Source: an uncultured Rhodospirillaceae bacterium (GTDB lineage Bacteria > Pseudomonadota > Alphaproteobacteria > UBA9219). From it: DNA of 64,000 nt. The translations under genes were made by a program, and so were the position numbers. Within the stretch, counting starts at the first letter, position 1, and each line of letters begins with the position of its first letter. Shown here in pieces: positions 1 through 9,344 of this stretch. Under the pieces are notes generated by a model that saw only the letters and a list, made by a program, of their open reading frames with translations, made no database searches and was not told the origin of the DNA. The DNA is taken from assembly GCA_964453225.1 (NCBI GenBank), contig CAYVNS010000004.1, forward strand, positions 63,640-127,639. The letters are read 5' to 3'.

Positions 1-2
1 AG

Positions 3-464
3 AACGGCGGCATTACGCAGGATGAATTCGACGCTTTTCTGTTAACTTTGGAAACCTTGCCCAACGCCGCGCGCTACGATGGCGCCCACTATGAAAGGCT
101 TTTTGCCGCATCGGATGCAATGATAACGGACGGCGTCGGATTCCTTGCTGAATATCAGATTCTTGAAAAGCCGATTCTATATATGGACAGCCAGAGACAC
201 GCCGGGTTTAACGACGCGGGAAATCTCGTCCTTGAATCCGCTAATCGGGTAACGAACGTCGCCGAGGCGCGCGCGCTGTGTGAGCGCCTTCAAAAGGGCG
301 AACCCGATCCGATGCGCCAAAAGCAAAAAGAGGTGCTTGCGAAGATATTCCCCTACCCTGGCCGAAGCGCCGAAAGGATTTTAAGCGCCCTTCGCGCCGG
401 CCTTGCCGAAGAACGCGGCGAAAGGGTTAAGGACAAAAGCCTGCTGCCCTCGTTTCGCGGATAA
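3..464 (+). CDS. CDP-glycerol glycerophosphotransferase (TagB/TagF)-family protein, C-terminal part; the 5' end lies outside the window
   Basis: The frame is open from the window edge, and the listed ORF 48..464 starts at an internal TTG. The C-terminal pattern SDAMITDGVGFLAEYQILEKPILYMD resembles the conserved C-terminal motif of TagF-type enzymes. A tagD-like gene lies nearby. Confidence 0.5.
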   Translation, partial: NGGITQDEFDAFLLTLETLPNAARYDGAHYERLFAASDAMITDGVGFLAEYQILEKPILYMDSQRHAGFNDAGNLVLESANRVTNVAEARALCERLQKGEPDPMRQKQKEVLAKIFPYPGRSAERILSALRAGLAEERGERVKDKSLLPSFRG

Positions 465-474
465 GGAATGCGCG

Positions 475-2019
475 ATGTGCGGTCTTTTCTTTGCATGCAA
501 CGCGAAACTCGGCCTATCGAAGCTTCGCGCGATCAACAGCCTTATGCATCACAGGGGCCCGGATTCATGCGATGACTATTACAAGCCGCCCTATTACATG
601 GGATTCAACCGGCTTTCGATCCTTGATCTTAGCGCAAGAGCCAATCAGCCTTTCGTCTCGCGTTCCGGAAAGCATGTAATCGCCTTTAACGGCGAGATTT
701 ATAATTACCGCGAGCTCGTGCAAAAACATGGGCTTCGCATGCGCACCTCCGGCGACACCGAACTGCTTGTCGAACTGTATGAAAAACTGGGCGCGCCGTT
801 TCTTAATGAACTCAACGGCATGTTCGCCTTCGTTATTCTTAATCCTGAAACAGGCGATGTCTTCGCGGCGCGGGATCGCCTGGGCGTTAAACCTTTGTAT
901 TTTTTCAGCGAAAATGAAACGCTCGCGTTTGCCTCCGAACTCGCCCCTCTTCTGGACACATGCGAAAACACGGAAGTGGATGACATCGGGTTAAGGCAAT
1001 ACACGCTCATGCGAACCTTTTTCAACGGTCACACGCTTTATAAAAAAATCCGTTCCTTCCCGGCAGGGCACTATTATCTCAATGGCCGTTTGGTGCGCTA
1101 TTGGAGTCTTCCCGAACCAAAAGAAGCGCCTCCAGACGACGATGCCTTGCGCGCGCTTATCGAATCCTCCATCGCCTACCGGCAAATAGCCGATGTTCCG
1201 ATCGCGGCTTTCCTAAGCGGCGGCCTTGACAGCACGCTTATAGCCCTCCTCGGCAAACCGGACAGCACATGGAGCATCGGCTTCGCGCAAAGCAATGAAT
1301 TCGAATGGGCGGAAAGGGCGGCCCTGGCGGCGGGAACGCGACATCGCAATATTATCGTTACCGAATCCGAATTTATCGAAACAGCGCGCGCCATGATCCT
1401 TTCGAGGCGCGAACCATTGTCGGTGCCTAACGAAGTTCTTCTTTACCTGATGGCCAGGGAAATCAAGAAAGAAACAAAAGTCGTCCTTTGCGGCGAAGGC
1501 GCCGATGAATTATTCTTCGGCTACGACCGAATTTTCCGCTGGGCGGCCCAGCAGGAACGCATTGATCCGCTCGCCTTCGAGAAAATATACGCCTATGGCA
1601 CCCGCAGCGATCCCGAAATCATAAACTATGCGCTGGAACCTTTCATCAAAACATATCGTACGCCGCTCAATATCGTTTCGGCCTTCTTCCTGACCAGCCA
1701 CTTGCAAGGCCTTTTGCGGCGGCTGGATAACGGCACCATGCATGCGAGCGTCGAAGCGCGCGAACCCTTTGTGGACTTTCGTCTCGTCGAGGCTCTGTTC
1801 GGCATCGGCCTTGATTACAAAATGCATGACGGCGTTGTGAAGGCGCCCCTCAAGCGCATCTTCCGCTCGATCCTGCCCAAGGAAATCAGTGAAAGGCCGA
1901 AAGTCGGCTTCCCCGTGCCTTTGGAAAAAATCTTCCAGTGCGAAAACCGCGATTTGGGTTTCGATGCATGGTTCAACTTCAACCTCCGCACGCTGGGCCT
2001 TAAGGAGGGCTCTGGATAA
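475..2019 (+). CDS. Asparagine synthase (glutamine-hydrolysing)-family amidotransferase
   Basis: The true start is MCGLFF (N-terminal Cys nucleophile after Met), chosen over the listed upstream start at 403. It has GFNRLSILD and the SGGLDS PP-loop motif typical of AsnB-like enzymes. Confidence 0.85.
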   Translation: MCGLFFACNAKLGLSKLRAINSLMHHRGPDSCDDYYKPPYYMGFNRLSILDLSARANQPFVSRSGKHVIAFNGEIYNYRELVQKHGLRMRTSGDTELLVELYEKLGAPFLNELNGMFAFVILNPETGDVFAARDRLGVKPLYFFSENETLAFASELAPLLDTCENTEVDDIGLRQYTLMRTFFNGHTLYKKIRSFPAGHYYLNGRLVRYWSLPEPKEAPPDDDALRALIESSIAYRQIADVPIAAFLSGGLDSTLIALLGKPDSTWSIGFAQSNEFEWAERAALAAGTRHRNIIVTESEFIETARAMILSRREPLSVPNEVLLYLMAREIKKETKVVLCGEGADELFFGYDRIFRWAAQQERIDPLAFEKIYAYGTRSDPEIINYALEPFIKTYRTPLNIVSAFFLTSHLQGLLRRLDNGTMHASVEAREPFVDFRLVEALFGIGLDYKMHDGVVKAPLKRIFRSILPKEISERPKVGFPVPLEKIFQCENRDLGFDAWFNFNLRTLGLKEGSG

Positions 2020-2101
2020 TCGGGGCATCCCCCTTTGTTTTCGCGGGTGAGAGATGCTATCTTGCAGACGCCTTCCTCCTCCTTCCCTTAAGGTTCGATC
2101 C

Positions 2102-2524
2102 ATGATCATCGGCTACACTTCGGGAGTCTACGATCTTTTCCACATCGGGCATTTGAACCTGTTGCGAAATGCAAAAGCGTTGTGCGACCACTTGGTCGTC
2201 GGCGTGACGACGGACGATCTTATGCTTCCTTACAAGGGCAAGCGCGCCGTCATCCCATTTACCGAGCGCATGGAGATCGTGCGCGCCATTCAATACGTCG
2301 ATGCCGTTGTGCCGCAAAACGACTTGAACAAGTTCGAGACGTGGGAAAAACTGAAATTCGACGTTCTTTTCGTGGGCGACGATTGGTATCGCACGGAAAA
2401 ATGGGACGAGATTGAGAAAAAATTTAAAGAAGTCGGCGTCCGCGTCGTTTACTTCCCCTATACGACAGGCACGTCCTCCACGCTTGTCAACGAAACGCTT
2501 CTCAAGCTGCGCGAAAACAAATGA
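2102..2524 (+). CDS. tagD: Glycerol-3-phosphate cytidylyltransferase (TagD-like)
   Basis: MIIGYTSGVYDLFHIGHLNLLRNAK carries the cytidylyltransferase HxGH motif. At ~140 aa it matches TagD size. The internal ATG at 2102 is preferred over 2054. Confidence 0.8.
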   Translation: MIIGYTSGVYDLFHIGHLNLLRNAKALCDHLVVGVTTDDLMLPYKGKRAVIPFTERMEIVRAIQYVDAVVPQNDLNKFETWEKLKFDVLFVGDDWYRTEKWDEIEKKFKEVGVRVVYFPYTTGTSSTLVNETLLKLRENK

Positions 2525-3393
2525 CCGAAGCCCTCATCGACCGAGTTAAAGAATATTGGCGCGGCAAGAACATTCCGCAACGCTGGTATTCCAACAAAAC
2601 GCCTCTGAGCCTTCCGTGGTTCAACGAAATCGCGCGAAAAAGGTACGCGGACTATTATGCCTATCTTAAGGACGATGCGGAGTTTGACGCTCACGCCGGT
2701 GAAAAAGTGCTCGAAGTGGGCGTTGGCCTCGGCACGGACCTTGCCGAATATGCAAAGGGAGGGGCGCGTGTCTATGGCGTCGATCTCGGCGAAGACCAGA
2801 TCAACCTCACAAAACTCAACTTCGAACTGCGCGGGCTGAAATACGAAGAGCTTTCAACGCAAGATGCCTGCGCGCTTCGCTATCCGGACGGTTGTTTCGA
2901 TCTGGTTTATTCTTTTGGCGTTCTGCACCATGTACCCGACACACAAAAAGCCATCGACGAAATTCGCCGCGTCCTTAGGGACGATGGACAAGCCATCGTC
3001 ATGCTTTATGCGCGCGGATGGAAGCACTACCTCAAACGCTGCTTTGTGCATGGACTGCTTTTTGGCAAGCGCTTCAGATACGGATCATGGCAAGCTGTTT
3101 ACAACGATATCTCGGAAGTCAACGGCGGCTCGCCCAAAACGGCGGTGTTCACCAAGCGCGAGGTTAAGGCGCTGTTTCGGGCTTTTCCCCATGTCGAAAT
3201 CAAAAAGAAGCGCCTTGGCGAATTTTTCGACTACAAACCCTATGGCACGGTCATGTTTCCGCGGTTCGTCAGCCATTTCCTTTATGCGCTGAGCGCGGAA
3301 CATTTTTTGGGGGAAAACTATCTGATCAAAGCCTTCAAAGCCCCTCCGCCGCCGAAAACAAAGCTGAGCGACGTTTTTTTCAAGCATTACTAG
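2521..3393 (+). CDS. Class I SAM-dependent methyltransferase
   Basis: Motif I is VLEVGVGLGTDL, followed by DLVYSFGVLHHV. Its start overlaps the tagD stop (ATGA), which suggests an operon. Confidence 0.75.
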   Translation: MTEALIDRVKEYWRGKNIPQRWYSNKTPLSLPWFNEIARKRYADYYAYLKDDAEFDAHAGEKVLEVGVGLGTDLAEYAKGGARVYGVDLGEDQINLTKLNFELRGLKYEELSTQDACALRYPDGCFDLVYSFGVLHHVPDTQKAIDEIRRVLRDDGQAIVMLYARGWKHYLKRCFVHGLLFGKRFRYGSWQAVYNDISEVNGGSPKTAVFTKREVKALFRAFPHVEIKKKRLGEFFDYKPYGTVMFPRFVSHFLYALSAEHFLGENYLIKAFKAPPPPKTKLSDVFFKHY

Positions 3394-3585
3394 TTTGTAG
3401 TGGGGAACAAGGCGGTCGAATCAAACCACCGACGCGTAATTGCCTTTGGGACGCATGATCCCTCCCGCCCCAACCAACCGTGCATTCGCCTTTACGCATC
3501 CCTTAACCAAACCTCCCGCTCCCCCTACTGAATTTTTATGACCGCGCTGGCACTGTCGTTCTTCATTCAAAAAAGGGAGGCGCGC

Positions 3586-4638
3586 ATGCAGCCATACTTT
3601 TCGCGGCGACAAGTGATCGGCGGCATTGGCGCCGGATTGACGACTATGGCCGCCCTGCCCACTCTGGCGCAATCCGTTTCCTCGGGCTTGCCTTCGGGAA
3701 CAACATCTTTCGGCGGGCTGTCGTCGGGAACGGCAGCGCCGGGCGCACCGCCGACGCCGCCTCTTGTCAATCCTGTTTCAAAATACCCGCATCCGCCGTT
3801 TAAAAAACAGCAGCAGCCTTGGCCGGGCCTTGCAAGCAAAATGGAGCCGCGCCCTGACCATGGCGAGCAAAGCTATCGCGGCGCCAACAGGCTTGCGGGG
3901 CGAAAGGCGCTGATCACCGGCGGGGATTCAGGCATGGGACGCGCGGCGGCCATTGCCTATGCGCGCGAAGGCGCCGACGTCGTGATCAATTACCTTCCGG
4001 CCGAGGAGCAAGACGCGCTTGAAGTAATAGATTTGATCAAAGCGGCGGGGCGCAAGGGCGTCGCGCTTCCCGGCGATATTCGCGATGAGGCCTTCTGCAA
4101 AAAACTGGTGGCCGATGCGGTGCAGGGCCTTGGCGGACTGGATATTCTTGTTTGCAATGCGGGCCGCCAACAAGCGCGGCAATCCATTCTCGACATTTCC
4201 ACGGAAGATTTCGACGCCACGATGAAAACCAATATCTATGCGCCTTTCTGGATTATCAAGGCGGCCCTGCCCCATTTGAAGCCCGGCTCCGTCATTATCG
4301 GAACGGCATCGGTTCAGGCTTACGATCCGTCGCCCGATCTTTACGACTATGCGCAAACCAAGGCGGCGACGATGAATTATGTGAAGTCGCTGGCGAAGCA
4401 GCTCGGCCCTAAAGGCATCCGCGTCAACGGAGTCGCTCCCGGCCCGGTTTGGACTCCCTTACAGATAAGCGGCGGCGCGACGCAAGAGCATGTGGAAAAA
4501 TTCGGGGCCAAGACACCCTTCGGCAGACCGGGACAGCCGGCGGAATTGGCGTCGATTTATGTTCAGCTTGCACGCGATGATGCCAGTTTCGCGAACGGCC
4601 AGATTTACGGCGCGGCGGGCGGTTCGGGCCAGCCTTAA
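3586..4638 (+). CDS. SDR-family oxidoreductase (YghA/YhxC-like) with a predicted N-terminal twin-arginine (Tat) signal peptide
   Basis: The SD sequence aaaagggagg precedes the ATG at 3586. The N-terminus is MQPYFSRRQVIGGIGAGLTTMAALPTLAQS, followed by a Gly/Ser/Pro linker. The SDR core has ALITGGDSGMGRA (TGxxxGxG), NAG and YxxxK (YAQTKAA). Confidence 0.8.
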   Translation: MQPYFSRRQVIGGIGAGLTTMAALPTLAQSVSSGLPSGTTSFGGLSSGTAAPGAPPTPPLVNPVSKYPHPPFKKQQQPWPGLASKMEPRPDHGEQSYRGANRLAGRKALITGGDSGMGRAAAIAYAREGADVVINYLPAEEQDALEVIDLIKAAGRKGVALPGDIRDEAFCKKLVADAVQGLGGLDILVCNAGRQQARQSILDISTEDFDATMKTNIYAPFWIIKAALPHLKPGSVIIGTASVQAYDPSPDLYDYAQTKAATMNYVKSLAKQLGPKGIRVNGVAPGPVWTPLQISGGATQEHVEKFGAKTPFGRPGQPAELASIYVQLARDDASFANGQIYGAAGGSGQP

Positions 4639-4659
4639 CAGGAAACAGGTGGTCATACT

Positions 4660-5136
4660 ATGGCAGCGCGTCCTTATTGGAGAGGCCATATACGAATCTC
4701 TCTTGTCTCGTTCCCCGTCGCGCTCATCAGCGCCTTGCGGCGGAGCAGCCAGATCAAGCTTCATGAAATCGACCGCGCGACCGGCGAGCGCATTCATCAT
4801 CGCAACGTCAATGAGGAAGGCAAGGAAGTCGATCGCGAAGAGATTATCAAAGCCTATGACACGGGCGATGGCATAGTGGAGCTTGAGCCGCAGGAGATCG
4901 CGGACATCAAACTGCCTTCCAGCGACATGCTGGCGCTGGATACGTTCGTGAAGATCGACGACATTCCCATTGCCCTTTACGAGCGCCCCTATTTCGTATT
5001 CAGGCGCATATCCAAAACGGCATCGTTCGATTGCTCACGCGCCATAATAAGGACTGGACGGAAAAATATCCCAACATCGCAAGCCAACTTGCCCGGCTGG
5101 GCGTGGACAATGCCCTTCTGGACGGCGAGATCGTAA
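4660..5136 (+). pseudogene. ku: Ku (NHEJ DNA-end-binding protein) remnant; only about the first 113 codons are Ku-like, then the reading runs out of frame into ligD sequence
   Basis: MAARPYWRGHIRISLVSFPV...LYERPYFV is a typical bacterial Ku N-terminus. Full-length Ku is ~260-300 aa. After about nt 4998 the translation (FRRISKTASFD...) has no Ku character. Confidence 0.7.
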
Positions 5137-6740
5137 GCGTTGCGGACGATGGCACCATGTCGTTTCACGGCATGCAAAATCCGCTTGGCAAAGGAAGGCA
5201 GGAGCGGCTGCATTATTATCTTTTTGATGCGTTGTTTCTTAATGGCGAACCTTTGACCGGGTTGCCGCTGTCCGAGCGGAAAGAAAAACTGCAAACCCTT
5301 CTGCGCAAGCCGTTGGACTGGATACACTACAGCGAGCATTTCGAGGGGCCCGGCGACAAGATGCTGGCCAAGCTTTGCTCTATGGCGATGGAGGGCGTGG
5401 TCTCGAAGCGGCTCGGCAAGCCTTACTATTCAGGGCGCAACGAATATTGGCTGAAATCGAAATGCGTCAAGGAGCAGGAGCTGGTTATCGGCGGATTTAC
5501 GACGCAACCCAAACATCCCGCCATGCTCGCGGCTTTACTGATGGGCTATTACAAGGGCGGCGATTTACTTTTTGCCGGAAAGGTCGGCACCGGCTTTTCC
5601 CAAAGCGAGGGGGTGGCGCTCCTCAAACGCTTGCGCAAGATTGAGCGCAAAACGCCGTCCTTCAAAAACATATCCACCGCCGCCAAACGCGGCGCAACAT
5701 GGGTTCAGCCGGAACTGGTTGCGCAAGTCCACTTTTTCGAATGGACGCCTGACGGCTCGATGCGCCATCCTTCCTTTCAGGGCTTGCGCGAAGACAAACC
5801 GGCCAAGGAAGTCGTGATGGAAAAGCCGAAACCCGCAGAGACCGTCGACCCGACCGATCCCCCTCTTGCAAGATCGGGGGGCAAGCGCGAGACGATGGCC
5901 GGCGTTTCGGTTTCCCACCCCGACAAAATGCTTTATCCCGGCGCGACGATTACGAAACGCGAATTGATAGCCTATTACGAAAAGGTTGCGCCGTTGATGC
6001 TGCCGCATATTGTGGGAAGGCCGATCAGCCTTGTGCGTTGCCCGCAAGGCGAAGGAAAGCCGTGCTTTTTCCAGCGGCACGGCATCGATATGTTCACGCC
6101 CAAGGTCAAGCCCGTCTTTGTCGGCGCGGAAAAAGAAGCCTATCTGATGATCGAGGATCTGGCGGGCCTGATATCGCTTGTACAGATGAACGCGCTTGAA
6201 ATTCATACGTGGAACGCGACGGCAGACGCTATCGACAAGCCGGATCAGTTTGTTTTAGACCTCGACCCCGGGCCGGACGTGCCTTTCGAGGCCGTTAAAA
6301 AAGCCGCTTCGGACATTCGCGACAATTTAAAAAAAGCGAAGCTCACCTCATTCCTGAAAACAACCGGCGGCAAAGGTCTTCACGTCGTTGTGCCCATCGA
6401 TCGAGGACCAAGCTGGGACGAGGTCAAGAATTTCACGCGGCTGTTTGCGCAAACCATGGTCGACTTCTCGCCCGACAGGTTCACGTCCAACAGTCGCAAG
6501 AACAAGCGCACGGGAAAAATATATATCGACTATCTACGCAACGGGAAGGGCGCAAGCGCCATCGCCCCCTACTCGACCCGCGCCAAACCCGGCGCGCCCG
6601 TCGCCATGCCCTTGGCGTGGCGCGATATGGCCTCGTTAAAAACCGCGCAGGATTTTACCATTGAACACGCGTCGAGACTTCGCCGTTCAGACCCATGGAA
6701 GGAGATGAAGAAAATTAAACAGACATTACCAAGTGTTTAA
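4992..6740 (+). pseudogene. ligD: ATP-dependent DNA ligase LigD, 5'-truncated: ligase domain without its adenylation-lysine motif, plus an intact-looking primase/polymerase domain
   Basis: The frame reads FRIQAHIQNGIVRLLTRHNKDWTEKYP...LDGEIV. This is the segment that follows the KxDGYR adenylation motif in LigD ligase domains. The C-terminal half (SHPDKMLYP...LVRCPQGEGKPCFFQRH...) is the LigD polymerase domain. There is no upstream KxDG and no phosphoesterase domain. Confidence 0.7.
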
Positions 6741-6833
6741 TAACCGCGCGTTTCTTTTCATAAAACGGTTAGCATAAGGAACTTATTAATAAAATATGCC
6801 GATACTTTTCCCTTCACGATAAAAGGGGAAGTT

Positions 6834-8291
6834 ATGATCGGCCTCGCTGGCATTTTCTTGGCTTTGTGCCTGATGATCTACTTGGCTTACCGCGGCATTT
6901 CGGTTCTTGTTCTGGCGCCGGCCTTGGCCCTGCTTGCCGCTTTGTTCGCCGGGGAAAGCACGCTTCTCGCCATTTATACGCAAATTTTTATGAAGGCGAC
7001 CGGCGCTTTTATCATTTCGTTTTTTCCCTTGTTCCTTGCCGGCGCGATTTTCGGCAAATTGATGGACGACAGCGGCGCGGCGCAGACCATCGCCATGTGG
7101 GTCGTCACAAAATTGGGGAAAAAACATGCGATGCTCGCGATTGTCCTTGCTTCCGCCTTACTGACTTATGGCGGCGTTTCTCTTTTCGTTGTCGCCTTTG
7201 CGGTCTATCCGATCGCCACCCATGTCTTTCATCTAAGCAAGATACCGAAACGCCTTTTGCCGGCCACCATTGCGCTTGGGGCCTTCACGTTCACGATGAC
7301 GGCCATGCCCGGCAGCCCCGCCATTCAGAACACCATCCCCACCCCCTATTTTGGAACAACGCCTTTTGCGGCTCCCGTCCTCGGCCTTATCGCCTCGGCG
7401 ATCATGCTGTTGACGGGCTATATCTGGATTCAATCCCAAGCCTTGAAAGCGAAAAAAGCCGGCCAAGGCTACGGACACTGTCACGGCGACAAGATTCATG
7501 ACGTGAATTGGGAAGCGCGCGAACACGCAGAGGCCGAAGGCTTTGATATTATGGAGCTTGATGTCGCCGCCGAAGGGCATCACCGCCGAATATCCCTCGC
7601 GTCGGCTCTCTTGCCGATTATCGTCGTTATCATCGCCAACTTCGCTTTCAGCCAACATATATTGCCTTCGCTTGATTTGAGCTATTTAACCCGACCGGAA
7701 TTCGGCGGCGTAAAGTTATCCGCCGTGTTGGGCGTTTGGTCCACGCTGTCGGCTTTGTTTTTTGGCATCGGCACTCTTGTTGCCCTGAACCGCAACCATT
7801 TTAAGTCCATTCGCCGCAGCATTGACGGCGGTTCGAACGCCTCGGTCCTTCCGGTGTTCAACACGGCGAGCATGGTTGGCTTTGGCGCGGTGATCGCCGG
7901 CCTGCCCGCTTTCGAAATTTTGCGCGATTTCGTTTTGAATATCGGCAACGGAAACGTGCTTGTTTCTTTGGGCGTCGCGGTCAACGTTCTTGCGGGCATT
8001 ACCGGCTCGGCATCCGGCGGCGTTAGCGTTGCCCTGCAGACTTTGGGCAGTCACTACATAGAGGCCGCGAAAGTGGCCGGCATCGATCCGCAACTTCTGC
8101 ACCGCGTAACGAGCATTGCCACCGGCGGGCTGGATACGCTGCCTCATAACGGCGCGGTGATTACGCTGCTGAATATCGCCAATATGACGCATAAAGAAGC
8201 CTACAAAGACATCTTTTTCGCCATCGTGCCCGGCCCCCTTTTCGCGCTGGTCGCGGTTATCGCGCTGGGAACGGCTTTTGGTTCGTTTTAA
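6834..8291 (+). CDS. GntP-family (gluconate/hydroxy-acid:H+ symporter-like) permease
   Basis: A 485-aa polytopic membrane protein. The N-terminus MIGLAGIFLALCLMIYLAYRG and the overall pattern resemble GntP/citrate-transporter superfamily permeases. Confidence 0.65.
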   Translation: MIGLAGIFLALCLMIYLAYRGISVLVLAPALALLAALFAGESTLLAIYTQIFMKATGAFIISFFPLFLAGAIFGKLMDDSGAAQTIAMWVVTKLGKKHAMLAIVLASALLTYGGVSLFVVAFAVYPIATHVFHLSKIPKRLLPATIALGAFTFTMTAMPGSPAIQNTIPTPYFGTTPFAAPVLGLIASAIMLLTGYIWIQSQALKAKKAGQGYGHCHGDKIHDVNWEAREHAEAEGFDIMELDVAAEGHHRRISLASALLPIIVVIIANFAFSQHILPSLDLSYLTRPEFGGVKLSAVLGVWSTLSALFFGIGTLVALNRNHFKSIRRSIDGGSNASVLPVFNTASMVGFGAVIAGLPAFEILRDFVLNIGNGNVLVSLGVAVNVLAGITGSASGGVSVALQTLGSHYIEAAKVAGIDPQLLHRVTSIATGGLDTLPHNGAVITLLNIANMTHKEAYKDIFFAIVPGPLFALVAVIALGTAFGSF

Positions 8292-8362
8292 TTGCGCACG
8301 TTAAACTGGGCGAGATCGGCGTAGCCGAGAGCTTCTTCAATCGCGCAGAATTATTGTGATGG

Positions 8363-9235
8363 CTAACCGTTTAACTCGGTTTTTTTAACTTGAGCCGCGA
8401 TGAGCACGCCGGAGGCAATAATAACGATAGCCCCGACAATAAAATTTAAAGATGGGACTTCATTCCAAAGCAGATATCCGAAAACCGCTCCAAAAACAAT
8501 CTGAGTGTAATGAAGCTGAGCAATATTCGTCGAAGCCGTGTTTTGGAGCGCCCGGAAATAGAGGATACTGCCAATAGCGGAAAAAAGGCCGCTGGCGAAA
8601 AAAATGGGGAGCGCTTTTACGTCGACGATTCCTGCCCCTGGATGCAAAAGAACCCCAATTATCCCGGCAATGGCGATGAAAATATTGCAGAGGAGAAGCG
8701 TGCTTTCCGCGGCAACGGTTTTTGCCATTTGACGAATGGAAATAGCCCGCAAAGAAAAACACATCACGCCAAAGAATATGGCGATATAACCGACGGTGCT
8801 GCCGTACCCACTCGGCATGCCAATAGCTAGAACTGTTCCAAAGAATCCCGCAACCAGGCACATAATCTTTAGGGGCGACAAAGTCTCATGTTTTAAAAAA
8901 GCTGAAAGAATGGCAATGATTAAAGGCGATGTAAAAAAGACGACATAGAAAAGCGTTAATGGGACATGTTTAAGAGCGATCATATTTGCAAGGCTCGTTC
9001 CGGTCGCGAAAATCGCAGTGAACGATTGTTCACGCAAGCGCGTAGGGCGAAGGCGAGCCGTTGTATTGGTTAAGAATGAAAAAGCCGTGATACAGGCAGC
9101 GCTTACAGAACCCACGATAACCATTATAAGATACGGCGAAACAGGAGCTTGCTGACCCAATTTTATTGTGGTGTCGTACACGACCCAAAGGAAATAGGCA
9201 GCAACGGCCACAAGCATTGCTTTCGATTGGGTCAT
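8363..9235 (-). CDS. DMT-superfamily (EamA-like) transporter
   Basis: A 290-aa protein with about 10 hydrophobic helices arranged as two EamA-like halves. Confidence 0.7.
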   Translation of the reverse strand: MTQSKAMLVAVAAYFLWVVYDTTIKLGQQAPVSPYLIMVIVGSVSAACITAFSFLTNTTARLRPTRLREQSFTAIFATGTSLANMIALKHVPLTLFYVVFFTSPLIIAILSAFLKHETLSPLKIMCLVAGFFGTVLAIGMPSGYGSTVGYIAIFFGVMCFSLRAISIRQMAKTVAAESTLLLCNIFIAIAGIIGVLLHPGAGIVDVKALPIFFASGLFSAIGSILYFRALQNTASTNIAQLHYTQIVFGAVFGYLLWNEVPSLNFIVGAIVIIASGVLIAAQVKKTELNG

Positions 9236-9344
9236 TTCTTCGTTCCTAAAACTTCGTGCTCCCTGTAGATTAAAAACTCTTAGTAAGTCCTTATCGGCTA
9301 CAAGTAATTATCCCACTTACAGAAATTTCTAACAATGGGCAACC

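Noticed and set aside
3549-3566. TGGCAC-N5-TTCT upstream of the SDR gene as a second sigma54 promoter
   Set aside because: The -12 element is TTCT rather than TTGC, and the -24 element starts only 37 nt from the start codon. A GG-N10-GC-like match of this quality is expected by chance.
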